From: Hydrolagus colliei
Lineage: Eukaryota
Reading direction: 5' to 3'
Length of the DNA: 64,000 nucleotides
Assembly: GCA_035084275.1 (NCBI GenBank)
Contig: CM068752.1
Coordinates: 12,710,001-12,774,000, forward strand
Shown here one piece after another: positions 52,601-62,750 of this stretch; within the stretch, counting starts at the first letter, position 1; each line of letters begins with the position of its first letter. The notes below the pieces were generated by a model. It searched no databases, was not told the DNA's origin, and worked only from the letters and a program-made list of their open reading frames with translations. A program made the translations under genes and the position numbers.

Positions 52601-53523
52601 GATCTTTATTTAGGGAGAACAGGTCTATTAGGCTATGGGGAGCGAGCAGGGCAGTGGGATTGAATCGCTCTTTTTAAAGAGCCGGCACAGACTAGATGGG
52701 CCGAATGGCCTCCTTTTGTGCCGTAAAATTCTATGAATCTATGAATCTATTTTATGATATATAATATCAATCTAAACAACCCTGAAATAAATTCTGCCAT
52801 CCTGTTGCAAGCACATGTGCAGATAAACTTGCATGTAAGCCATCTAAAACATCTAATGAATAAGTCTGGAGTTTGTTCTGTTGGAATTGCTGACTGTGTG
52901 CAAGTTCCGTGCTCCCTATACATGATCCAGATTATAACAAGAACCCGTGCATTTAATATGGAGTTGAGTATGTGCTTCACAAATGTTTCTTTGAAATATG
53001 ATAATTTGTAGGTGAACATACTGCAACCTTGCAGGACATTTAGTCAGTGGTCATATGGCCTAAGAAGACAGCGATGTTACAAGAATGGAGTGACGATATG
53101 ATTTCTCTCTCGTCTGGAATCCACTTGTCATGGCTAACATTGCCACTTTTATCGCCACATTTAAAACATTAAAATCTACAATGGTTAATGTAAAAAATCT
53201 GATTATTTCTGAGATATTGTCCGATCGGTAAAGGGAGCGAGGTTGACTTTGAGTGTATTTTGTTGACATGCGCCAAGTCATGAGCTGCGAGTGAGTGGAA
53301 ATGTTTCCACATATTGACCTCCTGTTATTGTGTGTTATTAATGGTGTGTTGACTTATCTAGGAACACTCTGGACGGGTATTCCGACTGCAGTTCGACGAG
53401 TTTCAAATCATCAGCAGTTCCCACGATGACACCATTCTTATCTGGGATTTCCTGAATGTACCGCCAAACAACCAGAATGACACCCGCTCTCCATCGAGGA
53501 CGTACACTTACATCTCCAGATAA
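10599..53523 (+). CDS. FBXW11: FBXW11 / beta-TrCP2 spliced CDS, 5'-incomplete: join(10599-10661,22168-22390,36312-36498,38177-38267,45473-45610,48740-48858,49290-49539,51156-51274,51681-51791,51931-52009,53362-53523)
   Basis: The joined exons give an open 513-aa frame: D-domain, F-box, 7 WD40 repeats, C-terminus [12 protein letters not shown]. Recalled paralog-diagnostic residues ([33 protein letters not shown]) match FBXW11 rather than BTRC. Confidence 0.96.
12656..13467. mobile_element. Tigger/pogo-like MITE, copy 1
   Basis: TA|CAGTAAAAGCCCG ... AAACGGGCTTTTACT. Shares both arms with 36893-37596; CT/GA-rich interior. Confidence 0.85.
16541..17720 (-). mobile_element. CR1-clade LINE, 5'-truncated (RT C-terminal half + 3'UTR)
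   Basis: ORF 16944..17576 has [20 protein letters not shown] and [15 protein letters not shown]. The TTCTATGA tail is at the low-coordinate end. Confidence 0.95.
20271..20997 (-). mobile_element. L2 LINE 3' fragment
   Basis: [19 protein letters not shown] motif, 3' stem-loop and (TTG)n tail. Confidence 0.9.
22168..22390 (+). CDS. FBXW11: FBXW11 exon, dimerisation (D) domain ([16 protein letters not shown]...RDFITALP)
   Basis: cccag|CTC...CCAG|gtagga, 223 nt, phase 0/1. Overlaps ORF 22189..22431. Confidence 0.95.
24655..24973 (+). mobile_element. Older L2 3' fragment (similar remnants at ~520-745 +, 12325-12560 +, 18880-19075 -, 25440-25630 -, 60560-60740 -)
   Basis: Degenerate match to 8063-8498 including the tail. 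Confidence 0.75.
26036..26680 (-). mobile_element. CR1 LINE 3' fragment
   Basis: (AACATAAG)n tail followed by ggagcaggagtaggccattcggccc, typical of the reverse strand of a CR1 3' end. Confidence 0.9.
28607..29449 (-). mobile_element. L2-clade LINE, 5'-truncated, intact ORF2 C-terminus
   Basis: ORF 28753..29451 has [20 protein letters not shown] and LHWLP..RIDFK, typical of L2. (TTG)n tail. Confidence 0.93.
33105..33465 (-). mobile_element. tRNA-derived SINE, long-body variant (related copies 16066-16370 -, 57517-57795 +)
   Basis: Same head and tail as the main family, with an extra central segment. Confidence 0.85.
36312..36498 (+). CDS. FBXW11: FBXW11 exon, F-box ([15 protein letters not shown]...ERRGW)
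   Basis: tttacag|CA...TG|gtgagt, 187 nt, phase 1/2. Confidence 0.96.
36893..37596. mobile_element. Tigger/pogo-like MITE, copy 2
   Basis: TA|CAGTAAAAGCCCGTTT ... AAACGGGCTTTTACTG|TA. Homologous to 12656-13467. Confidence 0.88.
38177..38267 (+). CDS. FBXW11: FBXW11 exon, F-box/WD linker ([30 protein letters not shown])
   Basis: tcctag|G...GAG|gtaagg, 91 nt, phase 2/0. Confidence 0.95.
40953..41250 (+). mobile_element. tRNA-derived SINE, same family
   Basis: Collinear with 59332-59650. Confidence 0.9.
43085..43515 (-). mobile_element. Deu-domain SINE (SacSINE1/AmnSINE1-like); further remnants near 100-370 -, 23740-24035 -, 27440-27640 -, 35215-35420 +, 41590-41900 -, 44060-44300 +, 48265-48600 +, 57950-58210 +
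   Basis: tRNA-like head plus a core gatgagatgttaaac...aaagatcc...gagcaggg resembling the recalled Deu domain. Copies are diverged. Confidence 0.7.
45473..45610 (+). CDS. FBXW11: FBXW11 exon, linker + WD1 ([14 protein letters not shown]...LRDNSIK)
   Basis: ttttcag|ACT...AAA|gttagt, 138 nt, phase 0/0. Confidence 0.95.
45810..46163 (+). mobile_element. L2 LINE 3' end (young subfamily)
   Basis: [17 protein letters not shown] translation, stem-loop and (TTG)n tail. Confidence 0.92.
46178..47153. mobile_element. Tc1/mariner-superfamily (pogo/Tc2-like) MITE with internal minisatellite
   Basis: Perfect 26-bp TIR CCGTATATCTCCGCGTATAAGGCGCA with TA on both flanks. The motif CGTATA(A/G)GGCGCA is repeated subterminally. 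Confidence 0.9.
46285..46890 (+). repeat. GA-rich minisatellite, unit about GGCAGGYCGGCAGCCYGG(GA)n
   Basis: Roughly a dozen variable ~30-45 bp units inside the MITE. Confidence 0.9.
48740..48858 (+). CDS. FBXW11: FBXW11 exon, WD1-2 ([10 protein letters not shown]...SSDSTVR)
   Basis: ctacag|ATT...AG|gtaagg, 119 nt, phase 0/2. Confidence 0.95.
49290..49539 (+). CDS. FBXW11: FBXW11 exon, WD3-4 (VWDVNTGD...SGDRTIK)
   Basis: ttttatag|G...AAG|gtgagt, 250 nt, phase 2/0. Overlaps ORF 49273..49581. Confidence 0.96.
51156..51274 (+). CDS. FBXW11: FBXW11 exon, WD5 ([40 protein letters not shown])
   Basis: ctgcag|GTG...AG|gtagag, 119 nt, phase 0/2. Confidence 0.96.
51681..51791 (+). CDS. FBXW11: FBXW11 exon, WD6 ([10 protein letters not shown]...SGAYDG)
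   Basis: ttgcag|A...GG|gtatgt, 111 nt, phase 2/2. Confidence 0.96.
51931..52009 (+). CDS. FBXW11: FBXW11 exon ([26 protein letters not shown])
   Basis: ctctccag|T...GTG|gtatgt, 79 nt, phase 2/0. Confidence 0.96.
52371..52750 (+). mobile_element. CR1 LINE 3' end, same subfamily
   Basis: [12 protein letters not shown]...[14 protein letters not shown] followed by the 3'UTR and (TCTATGAA)n tail. Confidence 0.93.
53362..53523 (+). CDS. FBXW11: FBXW11 last coding exon, WD7 + C-terminus ([14 protein letters not shown]...YTYISR*)
   Basis: atctag|GAA..., TAA at 53521-53523. The exon continues to a cag|gtaata donor at 53551/53552. Confidence 0.96.
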   Translation, partial: EHSGRVFRLQFDEFQIISSSHDDTILIWDFLNVPPNNQNDTRSPSRTYTYISR

Positions 53524-54929
53524 CAGATCACATACATGCTACCTGTAACAGGTAATAGGGCTCATACATCTAACACCCTTCCTAATGTGCTTCCTTGACC
53601 CCACCGCTTCTGACCATCCAGCTTCTCTTCCTTGCCGCCTACATTGTGAGTCTTTTCCTCTCTGATAGTTTCCACTTCATTCAGAATCACAGACAAGAAA
53701 TAGTCGGGTTACGATTAAAATAAAAAGCTGTAGAGGTGGATATAACCTCACTGGGGAGATAGTTACCACTGACCCAACAGGGTGGATGGTAGGGAGCAGG
53801 TAATGTGATTGGATTAGATGCCTCCAGCGGTACTGCATGCATCCCTATGGCCGGCCAAAAGTACCTGTTATGCTGTTATCTTTACAGTCGTTTTCTTCTC
53901 AGCCCAGTTGCTGGTGAGCATGGGCTTCTTAAATATATATCCCCTCTTTCCTCTCCTCCACCACCTGTGCCTGTTTTGTTATGCGACTAAAGAAGGAGGT
54001 GATCACAGAGGCTGGTTCTTCCTGTTCGCAATGTGGTTAATTTTGTGGGGTGGGACAGAGAAGGTGGTGAACAGAGTGAGCCTGACTGGTTGTACATTTT
54101 AGTTGCTCCGAACACAAAGCGCTCCAGAATTCCAATCTACACGAAGGGCACTATATAAATGCTATATTAAAGTTGTCATTGTTGAAATGCACTGGAATCT
54201 TTGTTTGGTTTAATTCACATTGAGAGCAACTAGAATCTACGAAGCAAGGATTATATGGGAAGTGATTCTGGCTTGTGAATTGCATTCCATCTGAAACTGA
54301 TGCAAGTCCCGGTGGGAGGAATATATTTTTAATAGAAAGTTGATCTGCAGTTTCAACACTTTCAGGTCACCCCCTACCCGTTGACTCTCTAGCTCAGAAC
54401 ATTACATGGGATATTTTTTGGACACTTTTGGCTAGGGAAAAATATTCATTCCTTGCTCTTGGATTCATCTGACCTGTTATAATCTGATTAAAATCGTTAC
54501 CAGGTTATGATTACCAGGTCCTTCTAACCTTTCATCAGAAAATTGTGCTTTTATATGAAAATGTAAAGGTGTTAGTTGTATCCTCAAATTGATGAACACA
54601 TTCACCTGTCAATCTGTTTTATTATAATGATATTGATATTTAAAAAGTCATCATATCTTTCCAACCCCAATGACCAATCTCTCTCTGTCTCTCTCTATCT
54701 CTCTCTCTAATTTAAATTGCTTTGCTACTTTAATGGGAGTTTTATTTCCAAAGGATTTTACAGATCACATGTTTTAGATTGTCAGACTTACTCTGCTCAC
54801 TGTGGAGATGCTGTCAGAACACTAACTGACTCTGGTTTAGTTCTTTACAATTCATTATCCCGGGCAGCATATGTTGCTGGGGAAGATTCACTCCTACCCA
54901 GGCACTTCTGCATTAGATATCAATATGCT

Positions 54930-56253
54930 CCCCTGTATAAAAAGGGGCAGAAGGACAAACCTGGGAACTACAGACCAGTTAGTCTAACTTCGGTAGTGGG
55001 CAAACTTCTAGAGTATATAATTAGGGACAAGATAGATCTTCATTTAGAAAGATATAGGCTAATAAAGGACAGCCAGCATTTGTTGCCTTACAAATCTGAT
55101 AGAATTTTTCAATGAAGTAACGGAATGGGTGGATGAGGGTACTGCAGTTGATGTAGTTTACATGGCCTTTCAAAAGGCATTTGACAAAGTGCCGCATGAG
55201 CAGCTTATTAAGAAAGTAGAGGCCCACGGCGTTAAAGGGACAGTGGCAGCATGGATCCACAACTGGCTGAGAGACTGAAAGCAGAGAGTTGTGGTGAGCA
55301 GCTGTTTTTCAGACTGGAGGGAAGTGTGCAGTGGCGTCCCCCAGGGATCGGTTTTGAGATCACTGCTCTTTTTAATATATATTAATGATCTGGATTTGGG
55401 TGTAGGGAGCACAGTTTCCAAGTTTGCAGATGATACTTAGTTAGGAAGAATAGTAAATAGTAACCATCTGCAAGAAGATATAGATAAAATGGTAAAGTGG
55501 GCAGACACATGGCAGATGAAGTTTATTGCAGAGAAGTGTGAGGTGATACATTTTGGGAGAAGAAATGAGGGGAGGCAATATAGGCTAGCTAGTACAATTT
55601 TAAGGGGTGTGAGGGAACAGAGCGACCTGGGGATTTGTGTTAGTGACTCTTTGAAGGTGGCAGGACAGATAGACAAAGCCGTTAAGAAGGTATATGGGAT
55701 ACTAGATTTTATAAATAGGGGCATAGAGTGCAAAAGTCAGGAAGAGCTGACTAACTTCTATAAAACTTTGGTTAGGCCTCAGCTGGAGTACTGTGTCAAA
55801 TTCTGATCACCACACTGTAGAAAGGATGTTAAGGCATTGGAAAGGGTGCAAAGAAGGTTTACTAGAATGGTACCAGGATTGAGGGACTTCAGTTATGGGG
55901 AAAGGCTAGATTGGCTAGGTTTATTCTTTTTGGAACAGAGAAGGTTGAGAGGAGACCTAATAGAGGTGACTCATAGATTTAAAATAGTTTCAAAATGAAG
56001 TAGAGGGAAGCTGAAGAGAAATTTTTCACTCAGCGGGTTGTTCGAATCTAGAATGCATTGCCTGAAAAGGTGGTGGAGGCCGATTCGATAACAGCTTTTA
56101 AAAGAGAATTAGATCTTTATTTAGGGAGAACAGGTCTGTTAAGTTATGGGGAGAGAGCTGGGCAGTGGGATTGAGTTGCTGTTTTCAAAGAGCCAACACA
56201 GACTAGATGGACCAAATGGCCTCCTTTTGTGCCATAAAATTCTATGATTCTAT
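54930..56253 (+). mobile_element. CR1-clade LINE, 5'-truncated, same subfamily as 16541-17720
   Basis: [23 protein letters not shown] and LVRPQLEYC motifs. Contains stops and deletions; TTCTATGA tail. Confidence 0.95.
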
Positions 56254-58329
56254 GCTCTTTGCCCCCAAGTACTGTGTGTTTGTGGTTTTGTGTACGTTTG
56301 GCTACTCTGTTTTGTGATTGAAGCCCACTGAGTGAGAAGGTGTTGGCTGACTATTTCTTCTGCCTTGAAATCTTGTACAAGATGTACTTGAGCTATTCCA
56401 ATCTGTCAGCCATCCCTTTGAGCCACATGGCATACTGCCGCTTTCCCTTTGAGTACTCGCTTTGTATCTGCTGCTCAGACTCACCACCCACCCTGTAGGG
56501 ATACATGGATTGCTGCAGTAGAATAGATCCCACCTATCCCACCAGCATCCTGCTTCTGTTTCACTCATTTTGTTTGACATTGAACCAAACATTGTATCTT
56601 AACAAAGTTTTAGCATGGCACCCTGGCATTCGTCAGATTAGGGTTGACTGTATTCTTCTTTTTCGTTTTTGGTTGCAGGCCTGTAAGTATGGAACCCGGC
56701 CCACTTTAATTACCGGCCAAAAATAAGTTCAAAGAATTGACTGCAGCCAATAAAAATAATAGTAAAATGCATTATTTTACCACAGACTTACAAAAATGTA
56801 GGTCTTATCCCACCTGGCATCTTGTCTTTGATCTCCTCGGGACTGAATTTCTTTCATAGTCCGTAATAAACAAATACATTTTCCACAGCATCATCTTCAA
56901 AGACAAGCTGGTGTGGTGCCAGTCTGGCCCTTGTAACATGGTCCTGGCCTTAAACTATTGTGTGCCACCTAAATTAGGTGCCACCTAACCCACCAGTGGA
57001 ACAGGCTGTACAACAAGCGATGACCATTCTACCACAAAATATTACAGTGATTTTTATTTCATAAAATAAGATTATTTACATCACAAAAATGGAGCTCAAT
57101 GCTGGAAGCTGTGGTTGAAACAAAAGGCATCAACATATTTAAGTGGAAACTTGATGCGTACGTGAAGGAAAAGGGAATAGATGGAATAGGAGTGGTGGAT
57201 TATAAACATTGGCACAAACTGTGCCGAATTTCCTATTTCCGTGCCATATCATTCTATGCCTTCCTATGCAAAAGGAAGTAATTTAGTCCATGGAGCAAAT
57301 GCTGCTGCTAGTTCATCCATTATAGACCCTAACCCCAATTATCTAAACGCCCCAAAGTTCTTTGTATCAATGCTTGGTGATCTGTGAGCAAATATCTGGA
57401 AAAGAATGCTGTGCTGCTCATCTTTGCACTTTTTCATGCATACAGTACAACCACTCGACTGTTATGGACTACTCCGTACTGGAATAGCGAGTCCATACAG
57501 TGCTCATGAATCATCATGGAGTCCTGTAGCTTAATGGTTAGAGCACTTGCCTCGCAAGCAAGAGGACCTTGGTTTGATTAGTCGATTGGTGGATCTTTTT
57601 TCCAGGAGTAAAATCCCTTAAAAACAATAATTTTGTCACTTAATTAATGACTGTTTGTGGGACTCGGCTATGCGCAATTGGCTAGCTACCATGTTTCACC
57701 CACAAAATATAGTCAGTTGACTTTGCAGTATATTCTGTGAAGCACTTTGAGACATCTCAAAGACGTGATAAGATGCTATATCCAATGCAAGCTTTTTTTT
57801 TATCACTGGTGAATACAGAGCTAGTGTGACGTATTGAGTGTTGCAATGGATGGGGTTGGGGAATGTGGGTCTGAGGACACCAGAAAAATGCCCTGTCCTA
57901 TGTTTACATCACTTTCTGAATTGATAGTGCTGTCAAGTTGTAACTCAAGGTGTTAATTAGCTTAGTCAAAAGTCAGAGGCTGTGGTTTCAAGTCCCATTT
58001 TGTAACATAAGATCTTGTTCTCAGCTGATACATTAGGGTAATATTGAGGGACCATTGTCAGAGTACCATCCTTTGGATAAGACTTTAAACCAAGGTGCTA
58101 ACTGTCTGTTCTTCGAATGAAAGTTAATGACTCCATAACGTTAGCTAACAATCATGAAATGGTCGTTCACCACACAGCTGTTGGCAAGTCTTTCTGCAAA
58201 ATGGCTCCTATGTTTCCTGACAAAAGTTGCAAAAGTTACTATCTATGATGGTAAATTGAAATGTTTCAACATAAAGCAGCACATTTTTTTAAAAGGAGAA
58301 ATTAAGAACTATGAAGGAGCTAAGAGAGT

Positions 58330-59047
58330 TGAGTGGCCATATTCACAAATCACTAAACACTAGTTTCCAGGTGCAAAAATTAATCAAAAAGGTGAATGGA
58401 ATGTTGGCCTTTATCTCACGGGGCCTGGAATACAAAGGGGAAGAAATTATGCTTCAACTGTACAGAGAGTTAATCCGACCCCATCTGGAGACTGCGTTCA
58501 GGTTTGGTCTCCACACCTCAGGAAAGATTTATTGGACCTGGAGTGGGTGCAGCGCAGGTTCATCAGAATGTTACCAGGCCTAAAAGGGTTAAGTTACGAG
58601 GAAAGGCTGCGTAAAAATGGATTGTTTTCCCTTGAGTTTAGAATGTTGAGGGGTGACTTGATTGAGGTATTTAAGATGATGAAGGGATTCAATAGGGTAG
58701 ATATAGAGAAGCTGTTTCCTCTGGTGAGGGAATCCCAAACAAGGGGGCATCGTCATAAAATTGGAACCAGTCATTTAATAGTAAATTCTGGAAATATTTT
58801 GTCACTCAAAGGGTGGTAGCAATCTGAAATTCTCTTTCCCAAAAGGCCGTGGATGCTGGATCCATCCACACATTCAAGAGTGAGGTTGATAGATGTTTGG
58901 TAGGTCAGGGTATTCAGGGATAAGGGCAGAAAGCGGGAAATTGGAATTGAAAGAATCAGTTGAGGTACAGATCAGCCATGATCTAATTAAATCTCGCAAC
59001 AGGCTCAAAGAGCTGAATGGCCTACTCCTGCTCCTATGTTCCTAACA
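58330..59047 (+). mobile_element. CR1 LINE 3' fragment (older subfamily)
   Basis: ORF fragments VQRRFIRMLPGL and RGDLIEVFKMMKG. 3' end tggcctactcctgctcctatgttc. Confidence 0.9.
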
Positions 59048-59331
59048 TGCTGTAAAAACTCATATTTTCTTCCAAGTTCTTTACTATATACAGTTGTGAA
59101 GGGCAAGTTTAAGATAAACGCTGGGGAGTAATTCTTTACACAGAATAGTTAACAAATGGATTAGGTTGGCAAGAAGAATATTTGAGGATAGGACAGCAGA
59201 TGCATTTCAGAAACGCATTTGTGCTGCATTGGAAAGATCATAGTGTGGTTATTCCGAAAGGATGAGATCAAATGGACCCAAAAGGATCAGCTTCATCCAA
59301 ACTACTTGTGATTGTGTTAGCCTATTGCACT

Positions 59332-59650
59332 TGGCTCCTATAGCTCAGTGGTTAGAGCACTCGCCTTACAAGCGTGAGACCTGTGTTCGAATCCAGACAA
59401 ATCAGGGCGAAATCTTGGGCAAGTTTCCTTACTTCACATGCCTCATAATAGTCCATCCAAAAAAAAACACAGTAATAAAATTGGTCATTTCAATCCACGA
59501 CTGTTTGTGGCACACCGCTGTGCGCAATAGGCTGCTGCATTTTGCCCACAAATATACAGTCAATTCACTTTACAGTATATTCTGTGAAGTGCTTTGAGAC
59601 GTCGATAAGATGTAAAAAGCGCTATATCAAATACAAGGATTATTATATTA
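59332..59650 (+). mobile_element. tRNA-derived SINE, full length, L2-type tail
   Basis: A box TAGCTCAGTGG (59341), B box GTTCGAATCC (59385), body ttgggcaagtttccttac, tail ending aggattatta. Confidence 0.92.
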
Positions 59651-61580
59651 TTTGATCTGCTTAAAAAGTATTTATTTAGGCTAACATGCCTCAGACTGCC
59701 AACTTACAGGTTTGTTTCTGGCTGGCTTCGATAACTGTTTAACCATCAACCAAAAGCCAATAGTTGCAAGCTTGTAACTGAATATTTCTGTGGCCAGGTT
59801 AGTGGTTCATACTCTGGGTTGGCCTGTTTTATGAAGCAGGAAATTGGCATTGTGCTGACATAGGCACAAGGTGTAAATCTCTTTGTGTGGTAACAGAATA
59901 CTGTGTGCGTCAGGCTTGTCGTTCAGTTCTGCCCAGCACGTGGAGTGAATCTGGACCAGGCCCCCAGGGCTCGGTTGGTGGAGCTGCTGTTACTGCTGAT
60001 CCATTACATTGGGGATGGACCCAGGTTCAGTCCTCTGCTGAATTACCTAATTTATAATCCAGGATTATGGTAGTGGTGCCATCATTGATCTTATTGACCC
60101 TGTGGGTGAAAAGTAACAAGCCTGTTCCTGATTGCTATTCAGTCATTGACCTGGATAAACAGTGTTTGTATGTAGAAATTGAATGGGTACAGAATCCGAG
60201 ATGGTGTGGTTTCCTCCTCCTCCTCTTTTCTCCCAGCCCCCAATAATCTGATGATACTTAGATGATACTCAGTTCACGTCCTGAAGTCAGCAACTCAGTA
60301 GAGATGAGGCATTAGGATTGCATTATCTAAAACAAGTCGCAATAGCTGTAACTTGTCTGGTACATGAACAGGTTTCAGCACTGACCATTAATTTCAACTC
60401 TCGAATATGTGGTCTGTTTGTTCCGCACTCCCTCTGCTTCACTGAACCTTCATGCTTCTGTTTTGCAAAACTCGAGCAATCCCTTTGCCTGTGTCTCTCT
60501 TTCACAACTCTCTTAAAATGTGTCTGTCAATCCCTACCTTCTCCCTGTTTGTTCTGTGAAACAACCGATTTGCATTTATACAGCGCCTTTCACGCAGGTA
60601 GCATTTATGAGTGCTTAAGAGCATGGTTTGACACTGAGCGTAAAGGGGAGGGGAGGTGACCGAAGGCAAGGTCAAAGAGGAGAGTTCAGATGTGATTTCA
60701 AAACTGGCAAAGAGGAGGCAAGGATTGAGGCAGTGATAAAGGGGTTTATAGAATTGTAAATTTTAAATTTTTTCTTTATTTTCTTGCACAGGGCCTGGAA
60801 TTACTACTGGATATTTGGCTACTGCATCGCAGCCTGAAGATGCTCAATGAGCCATGATAGTTGTGGCGACCTGATTTCTGTAGCTGCAGACAGATCAGAG
60901 GCAGCAAGATATCAGTGCCTCATTCTTTTTCTCTCTTTCGCTCTTTTTTTCCTCTCAGAACTCTGAAGTGACATTTACTGAACTGTAGACTTAACCTTAA
61001 TGAGCCTAGCTGTCTGCCATACTTAACACAAATCTGGGTTTCCCAAAGCTGAGTGTTTTGCAAATGGATTGTTCAGACAACTGGGCCTTCAGTCTGAAGA
61101 AAGGACTTGGCATTCTCAGTATCGCTTTGCACTTTGTCCAGAGAAATGCTATGAAGAAAATTCATTTGTTGAACATTTTTGGGTGCCATATTGTTTTTGC
61201 AAAAGGAGCAGAATTTTACCAAATGCTTTGATATGTGTAGAAAGTATCATTCTGCCAAAGCCTGTAAAAAGGTACTCAATTCTGGCAGCCTTTCATTGCT
61301 TCCCCTGTCCCCCTCCCCCTCCGCGCACCTCATCAAATGACTTACGAATGCATATCGGATCTAGGAAAACAAGAATTCCTGAAGACTTTTTGAAAAAGGT
61401 TTTTTCTCTTTTTTTATACGTTATATTAAGGTAGAGCAGTTGATAGAAGGTGGTAGCTGCTTACAAACTAAGATTACATGCAATTCGAGCTGTCGAATGT
61501 AGCTAGTTGTATATATCATCGTGTCTTGATTGTATAGTAACCTATTTGAACCTTCATGTGTTTTTCTTAATGTTCTTTGA

Positions 61581-61590
61581 AATAAATAAA
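61581..61590 (+). terminator. Candidate proximal polyadenylation signal (overlapping AATAAATAAA)
   Basis: Two overlapping AATAAA hexamers, with upstream TGTA motifs and a T-rich tract. Confidence 0.4.
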
Positions 61591-62744
61591 GTAACAGGCT
61601 ACACTTGCACTAACTGTGAAAAGCATGTATTTATGTGTCATCTGCTGTGCCCCTTTCAGACCGATATCAGTCTTTTCTAAAACAAAATCTGTAGGTCCAG
61701 CAAAAGATTTTCCGTCACTCGTATTATTTCAGTCCCCTCTTCAAAGATTCAGATTTGTAGACAAAAAGCTTCTCTAGCTTTTTGATTACTCAGTAAACCT
61801 TTCTGCCCTTACAGCAGTGTGCCCCCTATTTGAATTTGAATTGTTCCATTTTAAAACCTGTGTTTTGGTTTGGTGCAGATATTTGCCAAGGTACCTATTG
61901 AATCTCTTTCTCCCTCCTTCCTCCTGTCACCTCCTCGATTCTTGTATTAATTATTTGTGAGTTTGTATGAGTTACAGTTTCTCCTCGTGTACAGTATTGC
62001 TGCACACCACGATGGTGCCGCTAATTGTAAGACTCTGTTTGTGCCAATCTCCAGATACACCTGGCCAATTCCCCTTTCTCCTTAAAATCGTCAAGCCCAT
62101 TATTGGTATACAATTGGCAAGATGAAACGTAAAGCTTGTTTTTTCTCTTCGAATGATTGGCTTGCACCCACCTTTTAATCTGTATAGCATTTGTCTGCAG
62201 TTAATCTATGTACTGAATACTGCACTATAAACTAGAATGAAAACCTGACTATAATGTTGTGGCCTCACCTGAACTATATTCTACTCTCGCCATCCCAGCT
62301 CCCCATAAAGAGATTCAACTGCTTGTGTTTCTCAATTCAACGTAACATCTGGTCCAAAGGGGACCTTTTGTCTTTGTGTAAATGTATATTTTGTATAGCT
62401 TAATTTAAAGATCTGTTTCTGAGTCATGTGCCCAGTGTGTGACTGCGAAGCAATTTTCCAGTTGGCAGCTGTGGAACGATATGTAAAGAATGCGAGAACA
62501 AGGATTAAGGAGTGTTTTGGCATTGGTTGTATTTGCGAATATGTGTCCTCACAGCTGTAAACAGTGTTGGGGACAATAAGACTGATACTTTGAGAGCACT
62601 GGAAGGCAATGATTATATCATGTACTTCTGAACTCTGCCTACTTTCCAGTTTAAATGCAAAGTACGTTGTCTGGACAGTTCACCAAGACTGTTAAATGTA
62701 CAGATATTGTTTATCGGTTCTAGCTCTTACTGTGGAATGTGCTT

Positions 62745-62750
62745 AATAAA
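62745..62750 (+). terminator. Candidate distal polyadenylation signal AATAAA
   Basis: AATAAA preceded by a TGTA motif (62697) at the end of the TE-free 3'UTR-like block. Confidence 0.55.

Noticed and set aside
10599-53523. Assignment to paralog BTRC (beta-TrCP1)
   Set aside because: The diagnostic residues and the [17 protein letters not shown] exon are FBXW11-type.
59332-59405. tRNA gene (also 40953, 57517, 16446 and minus-strand copies)
   Set aside because: A and B boxes are present, but there is no acceptor stem, the anticodon varies between copies, and each continues into a SINE body.
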